Of a DNA stretch of 64,000 nucleotides, positions 20,645-29,195 are shown in pieces. The position numbers and the translations under genes were made by a program. Every line of letters starts with the position of its first letter. Position 1 is the first letter of the stretch. The stretch comes from Bacillota bacterium. GTDB taxonomy: Bacteria > Bacillota_I > Bacilli_A > RF39 > UBA660. The stretch is from NCBI GenBank assembly GCA_023391185.1, contig JAEWBI010000045.1, forward strand, positions 786 through 64,785, in the 5' to 3' direction. Below the pieces are notes generated by a model that did not search any database, had not been told where the DNA came from, and saw nothing but the letters and a program-made list of their open reading frames with translations.

Positions 20645-21766
20645 ATGAAAAAAAATTATAATAAAGTTATTTCCGTTATATTAATATTAATAATATTTAG
20701 TCTTTCTATAATTTTTTTTACTGAGCCTAAAAAAGATTTCTCGGATAATGAAAATAGGATTTTGCAAGATTTTCCTGATTTCACAATCAAAAGATTATTT
20801 AATGGAAAATATATAAGTGAGTTAGAAGATTATTTAACTGATAATTTTCCTTTTAGAGATAGTTTTATGAGTATTAAAACTAAGACAGATAAACTTCTTG
20901 GGAAAGAAGATATTAATGGTGTATACCTATCTAATGATGGATATTTGCTTGAAAAATATAATAAACCACATAATAGTGATAGGCTTGTAAAAGTTTTAAA
21001 TAATTTTAATAAGACTATTAACTATGTTAATACAAACTTAATGCTTGTTCCTACAAGTATAAGTATTAATAGTGATTTATTACCAAATAATGCCCCAACT
21101 TATAATGAAATAGATAATATTAATTATATTTATAAACAAATTCATTTTGATACAATTAATCTTTATGAAACTTTACTAAAACATAATAGTGATTATCAAA
21201 TGTATTATAAACTTGATCATCACTGGACTAGTTATGGAGCCTACTATGCATATGTAGAATATGCGAAAGCTAATAATTTAAAACCATACAGTCTAAATAG
21301 CTTTGATATTAATAAAGTAACCAGTGATTTTAATGGAACATTATATTCTAAAACAAGTGATTATACTAGAGATTCTGATTCCATTTATTCTTTTACTTTA
21401 CCAAATACTAGTTATACTGTAGATTATGTTTATAGTAAAAAAGAAACAAATTCATTATATGAAGAAAGTTATCTTGAAAAGAAAGATAAGTATTCTTATT
21501 TCTTAGATAATAATCATCCTTTAATAGTAATAACAAACAATAATATTAATACAGATAAAGAGTTAATTGTAATAAAAGATAGTTTTGCTAATAGCATTAT
21601 TCCTTTTCTATCAATTCATTATAAAAAAATACATGTTATTGATCCTAGATATTATAAGACAAGTATTAGTAAATATATTTTGGAAAATAAAGCCATAAAT
21701 GATTGTTTAATTTTATATAATATTAATACAGTTGATGATGATTTAGGAATTTTTTCTATAAGGTAA
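20645..21766 (+). CDS. DHHW family protein (AlgX/AlgJ/PatB-like extracytoplasmic acyltransferase)
   Basis: N-terminal anchor plus the eponymous motif YYKLDHHWTSYGAYYAY. Confidence 0.85.
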   Translation: MKKNYNKVISVILILIIFSLSIIFFTEPKKDFSDNENRILQDFPDFTIKRLFNGKYISELEDYLTDNFPFRDSFMSIKTKTDKLLGKEDINGVYLSNDGYLLEKYNKPHNSDRLVKVLNNFNKTINYVNTNLMLVPTSISINSDLLPNNAPTYNEIDNINYIYKQIHFDTINLYETLLKHNSDYQMYYKLDHHWTSYGAYYAYVEYAKANNLKPYSLNSFDINKVTSDFNGTLYSKTSDYTRDSDSIYSFTLPNTSYTVDYVYSKKETNSLYEESYLEKKDKYSYFLDNNHPLIVITNNNINTDKELIVIKDSFANSIIPFLSIHYKKIHVIDPRYYKTSISKYILENKAINDCLILYNINTVDDDLGIFSIR

Positions 21767-21845
21767 TAACAGTAATAAAAAAGAGTTGTCTCTTTTTTTC
21801 TTATAAAAAAAATGGTATACTATCTGTAGATGATAGGGTGGTAGT

Positions 21846-22616
21846 ATGAAAAAAAAGATAAATGGTTTTTCATTAGTTGAGTTACTTGCGGTTATAATAG
21901 TACTAGGAATTATTGCTTTAATTATTATTCCTTCGACTTTGAAAATTTTGGATAAATCAAAGAAAGATTCTTTTGAAAGAAGTGTTGTTGGATTAATAAA
22001 AGCTGCAACAAACTATATGGCAGAAAGTGATTTTGAAGATTGGACAAGTGGATTAACTATAGCTAATATTCAAACTAATAATTTGTTTGAAGCAAAGAAT
22101 CTAGATGCTTTTACAAGTGGAACACTATATAATAACAATGGTACTATTGCTGCTTCCAATGTTACTGATGGAAATTATTGTGCTAATGGAAAAAAGAATA
22201 GTTTAACTATTACGAAAGGAAATTGTGTAACAGGTAATGATATTATATATGAGATAGATACTATAAATTTAAGAGATTTTTCCAATTGGAAATCTGGTAA
22301 TTATAATTGGACTAGTGGTTCTTATGAAGCTTATCCAGCTAGATTATGCTTAAATAATCATATTACTGGAAAACCTAGTACAACTTATAAGGTTACAATT
22401 TCTAATACCAGTTATCGAATTTTAATTCGTGCTCTAGATAGTAATCATACATTTATATCAAGTTTTGATTTAGCAACAACAGGTACTTTTACAACGCCTG
22501 CTAATACTGTATACTTAGCAATTTCAATATATAATCCAACTTCATCTACATTAACTTATGATTCATATAAGAATTTATTTGAAAGTGGATTTAAAGTAGA
22601 CATAGTAAAGCAATAA
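21846..22616 (+). CDS. modular type IV prepilin with an unknown beta-rich C-terminal module
   Basis: MKKKING/FSLVELLAVIIVLGIIALIIIPS. The Cys-bracketed loop TDGNYCANG...GNC is shared with the 49002 product. Confidence 0.85.
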   Translation: MKKKINGFSLVELLAVIIVLGIIALIIIPSTLKILDKSKKDSFERSVVGLIKAATNYMAESDFEDWTSGLTIANIQTNNLFEAKNLDAFTSGTLYNNNGTIAASNVTDGNYCANGKKNSLTITKGNCVTGNDIIYEIDTINLRDFSNWKSGNYNWTSGSYEAYPARLCLNNHITGKPSTTYKVTISNTSYRILIRALDSNHTFISSFDLATTGTFTTPANTVYLAISIYNPTSSTLTYDSYKNLFESGFKVDIVKQ

Positions 22617-22698
22617 ATTTATAGTATAAACTTAATTGCCTAATTAGTTATATTGTGTTATAATTAGTTAGGCTTTTTTAATAAATGAAAGGAGATTT

Positions 22699-24345
22699 AT
22701 GAGTAAAATAAAAATATTTGCATTAGGGGGATTAAATGATATCGGTAAGAACATGTATGTTGTTGAAGTCGATAAAGATATATTCTTATTTGATGCAGGA
22801 TTAAAATATGCGGATGACAAAATGTTAGGTGTTGATTATATTATTCCTAACTTTGATTATTTAAAAGAAAACATAGCTAGAATTCAAGGGTTGTTTATTA
22901 CCCACGGGCATCAATTACAAATGGGGGCAGTATCTGATATATTAACGGAATTACCTACTTTGAAGATTTATGGTACTGCGTTTACTTTAAATATTTTAAA
23001 AGAAGAACTAATTACTGATGGTGTGAAAACTGAAAATTTAATTGAGTTAAAACCTCATCGTAAAGTAGAATTTGGAAGTAATGCTATATTTCCAATTAGT
23101 CTTACTCACTCTGTACCAGATACAGTAGGGTATGTACTATATACACCAGATGGAGCTATATTCTATACTGGGAACTTTGCTTTTGATCCTACTATGGTAG
23201 GACCATATAAAACGGATATTGGTAAACTTGCTTATGTTGGTAAACAAGGAGTACTTTGTTTACTTAGTGAGTCGTTATATGCAGATAAAAAAGGATATAC
23301 TTCGCCACAACACAGATGTTCAGGAATATTTCGTGAAATGCTTGGAAAAAACGAAGGAAGAATTCTTTTCAATATATATGATTCTCAAGTTTATAGAATT
23401 CAAGAATTATTAACTGAAATAGGTAAAACAAAGAGAAAAGTTGTTATAATGGGTAAAACATTGGAAACACTTATATATAACTGTATCGATAATAATTATG
23501 TAAAGTTTGATAAAACTCAAATTGGTAGTATCCATGATGTAAATGAAAGAGGAACTATCGTAATTATTTCTGATGAAAGAGAAAAACCATTCTCAAATAT
23601 CAAAAGAATAATTAGAGGAATTGATAAATTTATTAAAATTACAACTGCAGATACAGTAGTGTTTGCTTCTCAGGTATATGATGGAATGGAAAAAACAGCT
23701 ACAGCTGTTTATGATAGTTTAGCTAAATTAGGATGTAACTTAGTTATATTATCAACTAAAAAGTATTTATCGCTTCATGCTTCAAGTGAAGATTTAATGC
23801 TTATGCTTGATTTAATGCAACCAAAATACTATTTACCTGTAATAGGTGAGTATAGACATCAAGTTGCTAATGCTGAAGTTGCTAAGCAAATAGGTATGAA
23901 AGAAGAAAATATTCTTCTTAGATTAGATGGTGAAGTAATAACTTTTGAAAATGGTAACTTAGTTAACAATAATGAAAAAGTTAAAGTTGACGATATTTTA
24001 ATAGATGGTAAAACAATAGGTGATATTGGTGAGGCAGTATTAAAAGATCGAGAAGCTCTTAGTGATAATGGTATAGTTGTTGTAACAGCAACTATAGATA
24101 GAGCGACAAAAAAAGTCTTAGCAGGACCAGAAATATTAACACGTGGTTTTATTTATATAAAAGATAATATAGATATAATTAAAGAAGCTGAAAGAATTTC
24201 GTTAGAAGTAATTAACGATAATATAAAAGAAAGCTACGTTGATTTTAATAAAATAAAAGCTGGTATTAGAGATAAAGTTGGTAGATATTTATATGCAGAA
24301 ACAGAATGTAAACCAATGGTTCTACTTGTTATGCAAGAGGTTTAA
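22699..24345 (+). CDS. rnj: ribonuclease J family protein with substituted metal ligands (J2-like or pseudoenzyme?)
   Basis: Colinear with B. subtilis RNase J1 from memory (ALGGL..IGKN, THS[IV]PD, GEYR, C-terminal domain). The motif HGHEDH reads HGHQLQ here. Confidence 0.85.
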   Translation: MSKIKIFALGGLNDIGKNMYVVEVDKDIFLFDAGLKYADDKMLGVDYIIPNFDYLKENIARIQGLFITHGHQLQMGAVSDILTELPTLKIYGTAFTLNILKEELITDGVKTENLIELKPHRKVEFGSNAIFPISLTHSVPDTVGYVLYTPDGAIFYTGNFAFDPTMVGPYKTDIGKLAYVGKQGVLCLLSESLYADKKGYTSPQHRCSGIFREMLGKNEGRILFNIYDSQVYRIQELLTEIGKTKRKVVIMGKTLETLIYNCIDNNYVKFDKTQIGSIHDVNERGTIVIISDEREKPFSNIKRIIRGIDKFIKITTADTVVFASQVYDGMEKTATAVYDSLAKLGCNLVILSTKKYLSLHASSEDLMLMLDLMQPKYYLPVIGEYRHQVANAEVAKQIGMKEENILLRLDGEVITFENGNLVNNNEKVKVDDILIDGKTIGDIGEAVLKDREALSDNGIVVVTATIDRATKKVLAGPEILTRGFIYIKDNIDIIKEAERISLEVINDNIKESYVDFNKIKAGIRDKVGRYLYAETECKPMVLLVMQEV

Positions 24346-24407
24346 TGCCTCTTTTTTTGTTAATAATTTATTTATAGTTATGATATAATTATAATAGAGG
24401 TGGTAAT

Positions 24408-24722
24408 ATGAAAGAAATAATTGTAGAGAATTTAGGCTCGTCTGGTTTACTTATTCCAGGGGCAATTATAATATTGATATTATTTATTGTATTACGTTTT
24501 TTTAAGGCACTATTTTCATCATCATTCATAGGTTTTTTGTTATCATTAGTTTCATACTCAGTATATGAATATATATATTTTAACTTCCCAACTGTTGCAT
24601 GTTTAGCGTTTCTACTTTGTCTTACTGGTTTTGGTAAAAGTGGTATTATCGGTAAGGTATTTGCACTAATTGGTTTAATTTTATCAGGTTATATTATTAT
24701 TCATACACTGGGATTTATTTAA
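24408..24722 (+). CDS. small membrane protein
   Basis: SD GAGGTGG. Three hydrophobic helices. Terminator downstream. Confidence 0.6.
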   Translation: MKEIIVENLGSSGLLIPGAIIILILFIVLRFFKALFSSSFIGFLLSLVSYSVYEYIYFNFPTVACLAFLLCLTGFGKSGIIGKVFALIGLILSGYIIIHTLGFI

Positions 24723-24798
24723 AAGAAGTTTAATACTTCTTTTTTATTGATATAAGATGTAAAAAATTATATAATAAAAAAAGAAGGTAGGAAATTAT

Positions 24799-25131
24799 AT
24801 GAAATTAGTTGTTTTAATATTGAAAGAAGAAGAAGTACTAGATAAGTTTGTGAAAAGATGTACAAACAGTAATATAAAGAACATTACTGTTATTGAAAGT
24901 GATTCATATGAAACTGAAAAAGTTGGTAGTAAAAGAAAACATGAATCTAATATACTTAATTCTATAAGATACATTCTAGATTATTATAATGATGAAAGTA
25001 GAACAATATTAATTCCTGTAAATACTGAGAAATTAGAAGAAGTAAAAAATATTATTAAAAGTTTAGTACCAAGTGAACAATATACTTTGATGGTTATTAA
25101 TTTAGAAGAAATAATAGGACTTGAAAAGTAA
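24799..25131 (+). CDS. small cytoplasmic protein translationally coupled to the antiporter gene
   Basis: TAATG stop/start overlap at 25129-25133 with the next gene. No motif recognised. Confidence 0.55.
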   Translation: MKLVVLILKEEEVLDKFVKRCTNSNIKNITVIESDSYETEKVGSKRKHESNILNSIRYILDYYNDESRTILIPVNTEKLEEVKNIIKSLVPSEQYTLMVINLEEIIGLEK

Positions 25132-26294
25132 TGGAAGTTTTATTTGATTTATCTATAATATTTGTTTTTGGTTTATTAATTGGGCAAGCTTTTAAAATAA
25201 TAAAGTTACCAGAAGTAATTGGGTACTTAATATCTGGTATTGTTATAGGTCCTTATGTTCTTAATTTAGTTACTGCAGATAGTCTAAATAGTATGGAATT
25301 ATTTTCGACAATTGCTTTATCTTTTGTATCCTTCTTAATAGGTGCTGAATTTAAATGGAAATATGTAAAAAGACTTGGTATCAAACCTTTTGTAATAGGT
25401 TTAACATGCTCAGTATTTACCATGCTTGTTGTAACAGGATGTCTATACTTATCAGGCAATAATTTAAGTTTTTCTTTAATTATGGGTGCCATAGCGGCAG
25501 CTACAGCACCAGCTGCTATAATGATGATTGTTAAAGAGTATAAAGCAAAAGGTGAAGTAACTGATACTATGCTTAGTGTTATAGCTATTGAAGATGTTAG
25601 TTCAGTAGTCATATTTGGATTTACAATAGTAATAGCTGAATATTTAGAAGTAGGGAGTGCTACTTTATCTGGATTATTAGAGCCTTTTTCTGAAATAGGT
25701 ATTTCTTTAGTTATGGGCACAGTTTTAGGTCTATTTCTAGGTATAACTGCAAAACTTTTTAAAACTAAAAATAATATTATATGTATGATACTAGTAACTG
25801 TTTTTACTGCCATATTAATAGCGGATTACGCAGGAATATCTTCACTTCTTATGTGCATGATTACTGGAATAGTTTTTGTTAATGCATACAATAGAATATT
25901 TACAGATAAAGTGTTAGATGCAATGGATATAATATCTTCACCACTAATGATAGTATTTTTTGTAATAAGTGGTGCTAGTTTAGATTTTAAAGTCCTTCCA
26001 GAAGTAGGACTAATAGGAATAATATTTATATTATCAAGAGCATTTGGTAAAGTATTTGGTGCTTATTTAGGGGCATCATTAGGTCATAGTTCTAATAATG
26101 TGCGTAAATATTTAGGGCCAACATTACTTTCTGAAACGGGTATTGCTATTGGACTTGCTTTAGTTGCTAAAGAAACATTTCCTAATTATGGAGATACATT
26201 AATAACGATAACCATCGCATCAAGTTTTATATTTGATATGATAGGACCATTTTTAGTTAAAATGAGTTTGAAGAAAGTTGAAGAAATAAAATAA
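25131..26294 (+). CDS. cation:proton antiporter (CPA2 / Kef-NapA type)
   Basis: About 11-12 TM helices. N-terminus LPEVIGYLISGIVIGPYVLNL is typical of Na+/H+-exchanger family proteins. Confidence 0.8.
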   Translation: MEVLFDLSIIFVFGLLIGQAFKIIKLPEVIGYLISGIVIGPYVLNLVTADSLNSMELFSTIALSFVSFLIGAEFKWKYVKRLGIKPFVIGLTCSVFTMLVVTGCLYLSGNNLSFSLIMGAIAAATAPAAIMMIVKEYKAKGEVTDTMLSVIAIEDVSSVVIFGFTIVIAEYLEVGSATLSGLLEPFSEIGISLVMGTVLGLFLGITAKLFKTKNNIICMILVTVFTAILIADYAGISSLLMCMITGIVFVNAYNRIFTDKVLDAMDIISSPLMIVFFVISGASLDFKVLPEVGLIGIIFILSRAFGKVFGAYLGASLGHSSNNVRKYLGPTLLSETGIAIGLALVAKETFPNYGDTLITITIASSFIFDMIGPFLVKMSLKKVEEIK

Positions 26295-26403
26295 TATATA
26301 TTTATTAAAAATCAAGTAGATAGATCTTCTATCTACTTTTCTAATACCCTTGAAAAAAATACCTATTTATGGTATCATCTTTAGGTGGAAATGAGTGATT
26401 TAT

Positions 26404-27825
26404 ATGCAAATACCTAGTTTAAAAGAAGCACAAAAAAGAACTAGTAGAAAAATAGAGATAAAAACTGATGAGTATGTCTTAAATGACAATTTAAAAGTTT
26501 TAGGTAAAAACAAAAAATATTTCATTAAGACCTATGGGTGTCAAATGAATGAACATGATTCTGAAAATATAAAAGCAATTCTTGAAGATATGAGTTTTAT
26601 AGGAACTGAAAATATGGAAGAAGCTGACTTTATATTATTAAATACATGCGCTATTAGAGAAAATGCTCATAATAAAGTATTTGGTATGCTTGGTAGAATT
26701 AAGCATCTTAAAGAAACAAAACCAGATATTATTACAGGTGTATGTGGTTGCATGATGCAAGAAGAAGCAGTAGTAGATGAAATAATTAAGAAATTTAAAT
26801 GGATGGACGTTGTATTTGGTACACATAATATTCATAATTTACCTAATATTTTAAATACTGCATTATCAAAAAATGCTTTAGAAGTAGAAGTACAAAGTAT
26901 TGAAGGCGATGTTTTAGAGAATATCCCAGTAAAAAGGGATAGTAAGTATAAAGCATGGGTTAATATTATGTATGGATGTGATAAATTCTGTACTTATTGT
27001 ATAGTACCTTATACAAGAGGAAAACAAAGAAGTAGAGAGCCTAAGTTTATATTAGATGAAGTTAAAGAACTTATTAAAGATGGTTATAAAGAAATAACTC
27101 TTTTAGGGCAAAATGTAAATGCCTATGGAAAAGATTTAGATATTAATTATACTATGTCTAATTTACTTGAAGATGTAGCTAAAACAGGTATAGCGCGTAT
27201 TAGGTTTGTTACTAGTCATCCTTGGGATTTTAACGATGATATGATAGATATTATTAGTAAATATAATAATATTATGCCTTATATTCATCTTCCTCTTCAG
27301 TCTGGTTCATCTAAAATATTAAAATTAATGGGTAGAAGATATACTAAGGAAGATTATTTAGTTTTATATGATAAACTTAAAAGAAAACTTCCACATAGTT
27401 CTATAACTACTGATATAATTGTTGGTTTTCCTGGTGAAACAAGAGAAGATTTTGAAGAAACACTTGATGTTGTTAATAACTGTAAATTCGATTCAGCATT
27501 TACTTTTGTATTTTCGCCAAGAATAGGTACACCGGCTTGTCGTATGAAAGATGATATAACTATGACTGAAAAGAATAATAGATTATATGAATTAAATGAT
27601 TTGGTAAATAAATATGCTAAAGAGGCAAATGATAATTACAAAGACAAAATAGTACCAGTACTTTTAGAAAACTATAGTGAAAAAGATGAAACTATGCTTA
27701 TGGGATATACTGATACAATGAAACTTGTTAATGTTAAAGCTGATCCTAAATATTTAGGAGAGATAGTAAATGTTAAAATTAACGATGTTAAAACATGGAG
27801 TATGGATGGAATTATTGTAGACTAA
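26404..27825 (+). CDS. miaB: tRNA-2-methylthio-N6-dimethylallyladenosine synthase
   Basis: UPF0004 domain (FIKTYGCQMNEHDSE), radical-SAM CDKFCTYCIVPYTRG, C-terminal TRAM domain. Confidence 0.9.
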   Translation: MQIPSLKEAQKRTSRKIEIKTDEYVLNDNLKVLGKNKKYFIKTYGCQMNEHDSENIKAILEDMSFIGTENMEEADFILLNTCAIRENAHNKVFGMLGRIKHLKETKPDIITGVCGCMMQEEAVVDEIIKKFKWMDVVFGTHNIHNLPNILNTALSKNALEVEVQSIEGDVLENIPVKRDSKYKAWVNIMYGCDKFCTYCIVPYTRGKQRSREPKFILDEVKELIKDGYKEITLLGQNVNAYGKDLDINYTMSNLLEDVAKTGIARIRFVTSHPWDFNDDMIDIISKYNNIMPYIHLPLQSGSSKILKLMGRRYTKEDYLVLYDKLKRKLPHSSITTDIIVGFPGETREDFEETLDVVNNCKFDSAFTFVFSPRIGTPACRMKDDITMTEKNNRLYELNDLVNKYAKEANDNYKDKIVPVLLENYSEKDETMLMGYTDTMKLVNVKADPKYLGEIVNVKINDVKTWSMDGIIVD

Positions 27826-27839
27826 AAGGAGGTTATTTT

Positions 27840-28343
27840 ATGAAGAATAACAAACTAGTTTTAGCACTTATAATGGGACTTGCAATAGGTTTAACAATCG
27901 GTGCAGTTACAACATATTTTATTATGAAAACAGGGCAAACAAAACAAATTGAAGAATATAAGAGTGAGAATCTTACCATCACTCAAAAACTAACTTTAGA
28001 AATTAAAAAGTTAACACTAAAAAGTGCTACATATAATTATGTAGATGCTGTTGAAAATGCTGTATCAGTATTAAAAGAAAAAGACAGTAAGTATACAGTA
28101 AAATCAGGTATGTATATGCTAAAACAAACAAATTTATTAACAGAAGTTAATGAAGAAACATTAGAAGTATTACCTGATGCTGTAACAATATCTGATATTG
28201 ATTTTGGAAAAGAAGGTCCAAACCTAAATAGTATGGTTTATATTAATGAAAAAGGTAAAGTTAGTGAAGCGGTATTTTATGTAGATGGTTTTCAAATCAC
28301 ATATGATATAGTTGGTACTAAAGTGACAGAAGTAGAGAAATAA
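27840..28343 (+). CDS. bitopic membrane-anchored protein, unknown function
   Basis: SD AAAGGAGG. N-terminal TM helix, short coiled coil, then a ~100-aa domain. Confidence 0.6.
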   Translation: MKNNKLVLALIMGLAIGLTIGAVTTYFIMKTGQTKQIEEYKSENLTITQKLTLEIKKLTLKSATYNYVDAVENAVSVLKEKDSKYTVKSGMYMLKQTNLLTEVNEETLEVLPDAVTISDIDFGKEGPNLNSMVYINEKGKVSEAVFYVDGFQITYDIVGTKVTEVEK

Positions 28344-28378
28344 CATTATATTTAGTTAATTAAGATAGGAGAAATAAA

Positions 28379-28978
28379 ATGCATTTTTTAAGAAAAAATT
28401 CAACTAAAGCTAAAAACATTCAAATGTTTAGAAAAAAAGAATTTAATTTAAATAAGTTTATAAATGACTATTATATGGATCAAAATAGTGCTTATATAAC
28501 TGTTAAAGTTGATGATTATAGTGATATTGTATCTAAATATTCTGTTGATAATTATGAATGGATTAATAGAGATTTTGCTGATCATTTAGAATTAATGGCA
28601 TACTATATTCCAGTTGAGGAACCAATAGTAATTGAAATAACTGGTAAAAAATTCACAGATGAGCAAAAGAAAGTAATTGAAAAAGTTATTAAAACATATT
28701 TTGGTCTTAAACTTGGTGATAAAATGCTTCTTCTAAATGAGAATCGTGATAAATACTTAATTCTTTTAGTATTTGGTGTTTTAAGTTTTTTAATGTTCTA
28801 CCTTTTATTTATGGAAAATATAATAGGAACAGTCCTTGAAGTTGGATCATTAGTGTTTTGGTTTATTATGTGGTCATTTGCGGATTTAGCATTCTTACAA
28901 AGAAACAATTTAAAAATTGATAAACTGGAAGCTGGGCAGTTGTCGTCTGCAAAAGTGGCATTTTTAGATCAAGATTAA
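28379..28978 (+). CDS. hypothetical protein with two C-terminal TM helices
   Basis: SD TAGGAG. Long ORF with no recognised motif. Confidence 0.6.
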   Translation: MHFLRKNSTKAKNIQMFRKKEFNLNKFINDYYMDQNSAYITVKVDDYSDIVSKYSVDNYEWINRDFADHLELMAYYIPVEEPIVIEITGKKFTDEQKKVIEKVIKTYFGLKLGDKMLLLNENRDKYLILLVFGVLSFLMFYLLFMENIIGTVLEVGSLVFWFIMWSFADLAFLQRNNLKIDKLEAGQLSSAKVAFLDQD

Positions 28979-29109
28979 AAGGAAATATTTATTTTCTTTT
29001 TTTGTTGTAGATCTTTGACAAGATTTCAATTTATACTTTTACTTTTAACAAGCAAAATGATGGTTCATACACTTTATATAGTATAAAAAAAGAATCATAA
29101 ATATAGAGT

Positions 29110-29141
29110 CTTGGATTTAATAGATAAAATCCAAGATTTTT
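29110..29141 (+). terminator. rho-independent terminator-like hairpin
   Basis: CTTGGATTT-loop-AAATCCAAG followed by TTTTT. Confidence 0.6.
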
Positions 29142-29195
29142 ATTTTGGGTAGATTAAATTATTTTATATGTGTTATAATTATACTAGGTGATAGT

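Noticed and set aside
27840-28343. A bitopic protein with an N-terminal hydrophobic helix downstream of miaB could be a sixth pilin or a PilN/PilO-like component.
   Set aside because: It lacks the G/F-x-L-x-E cleavage motif and Glu+5. Assignment to PilN/O would be pure guesswork from topology.
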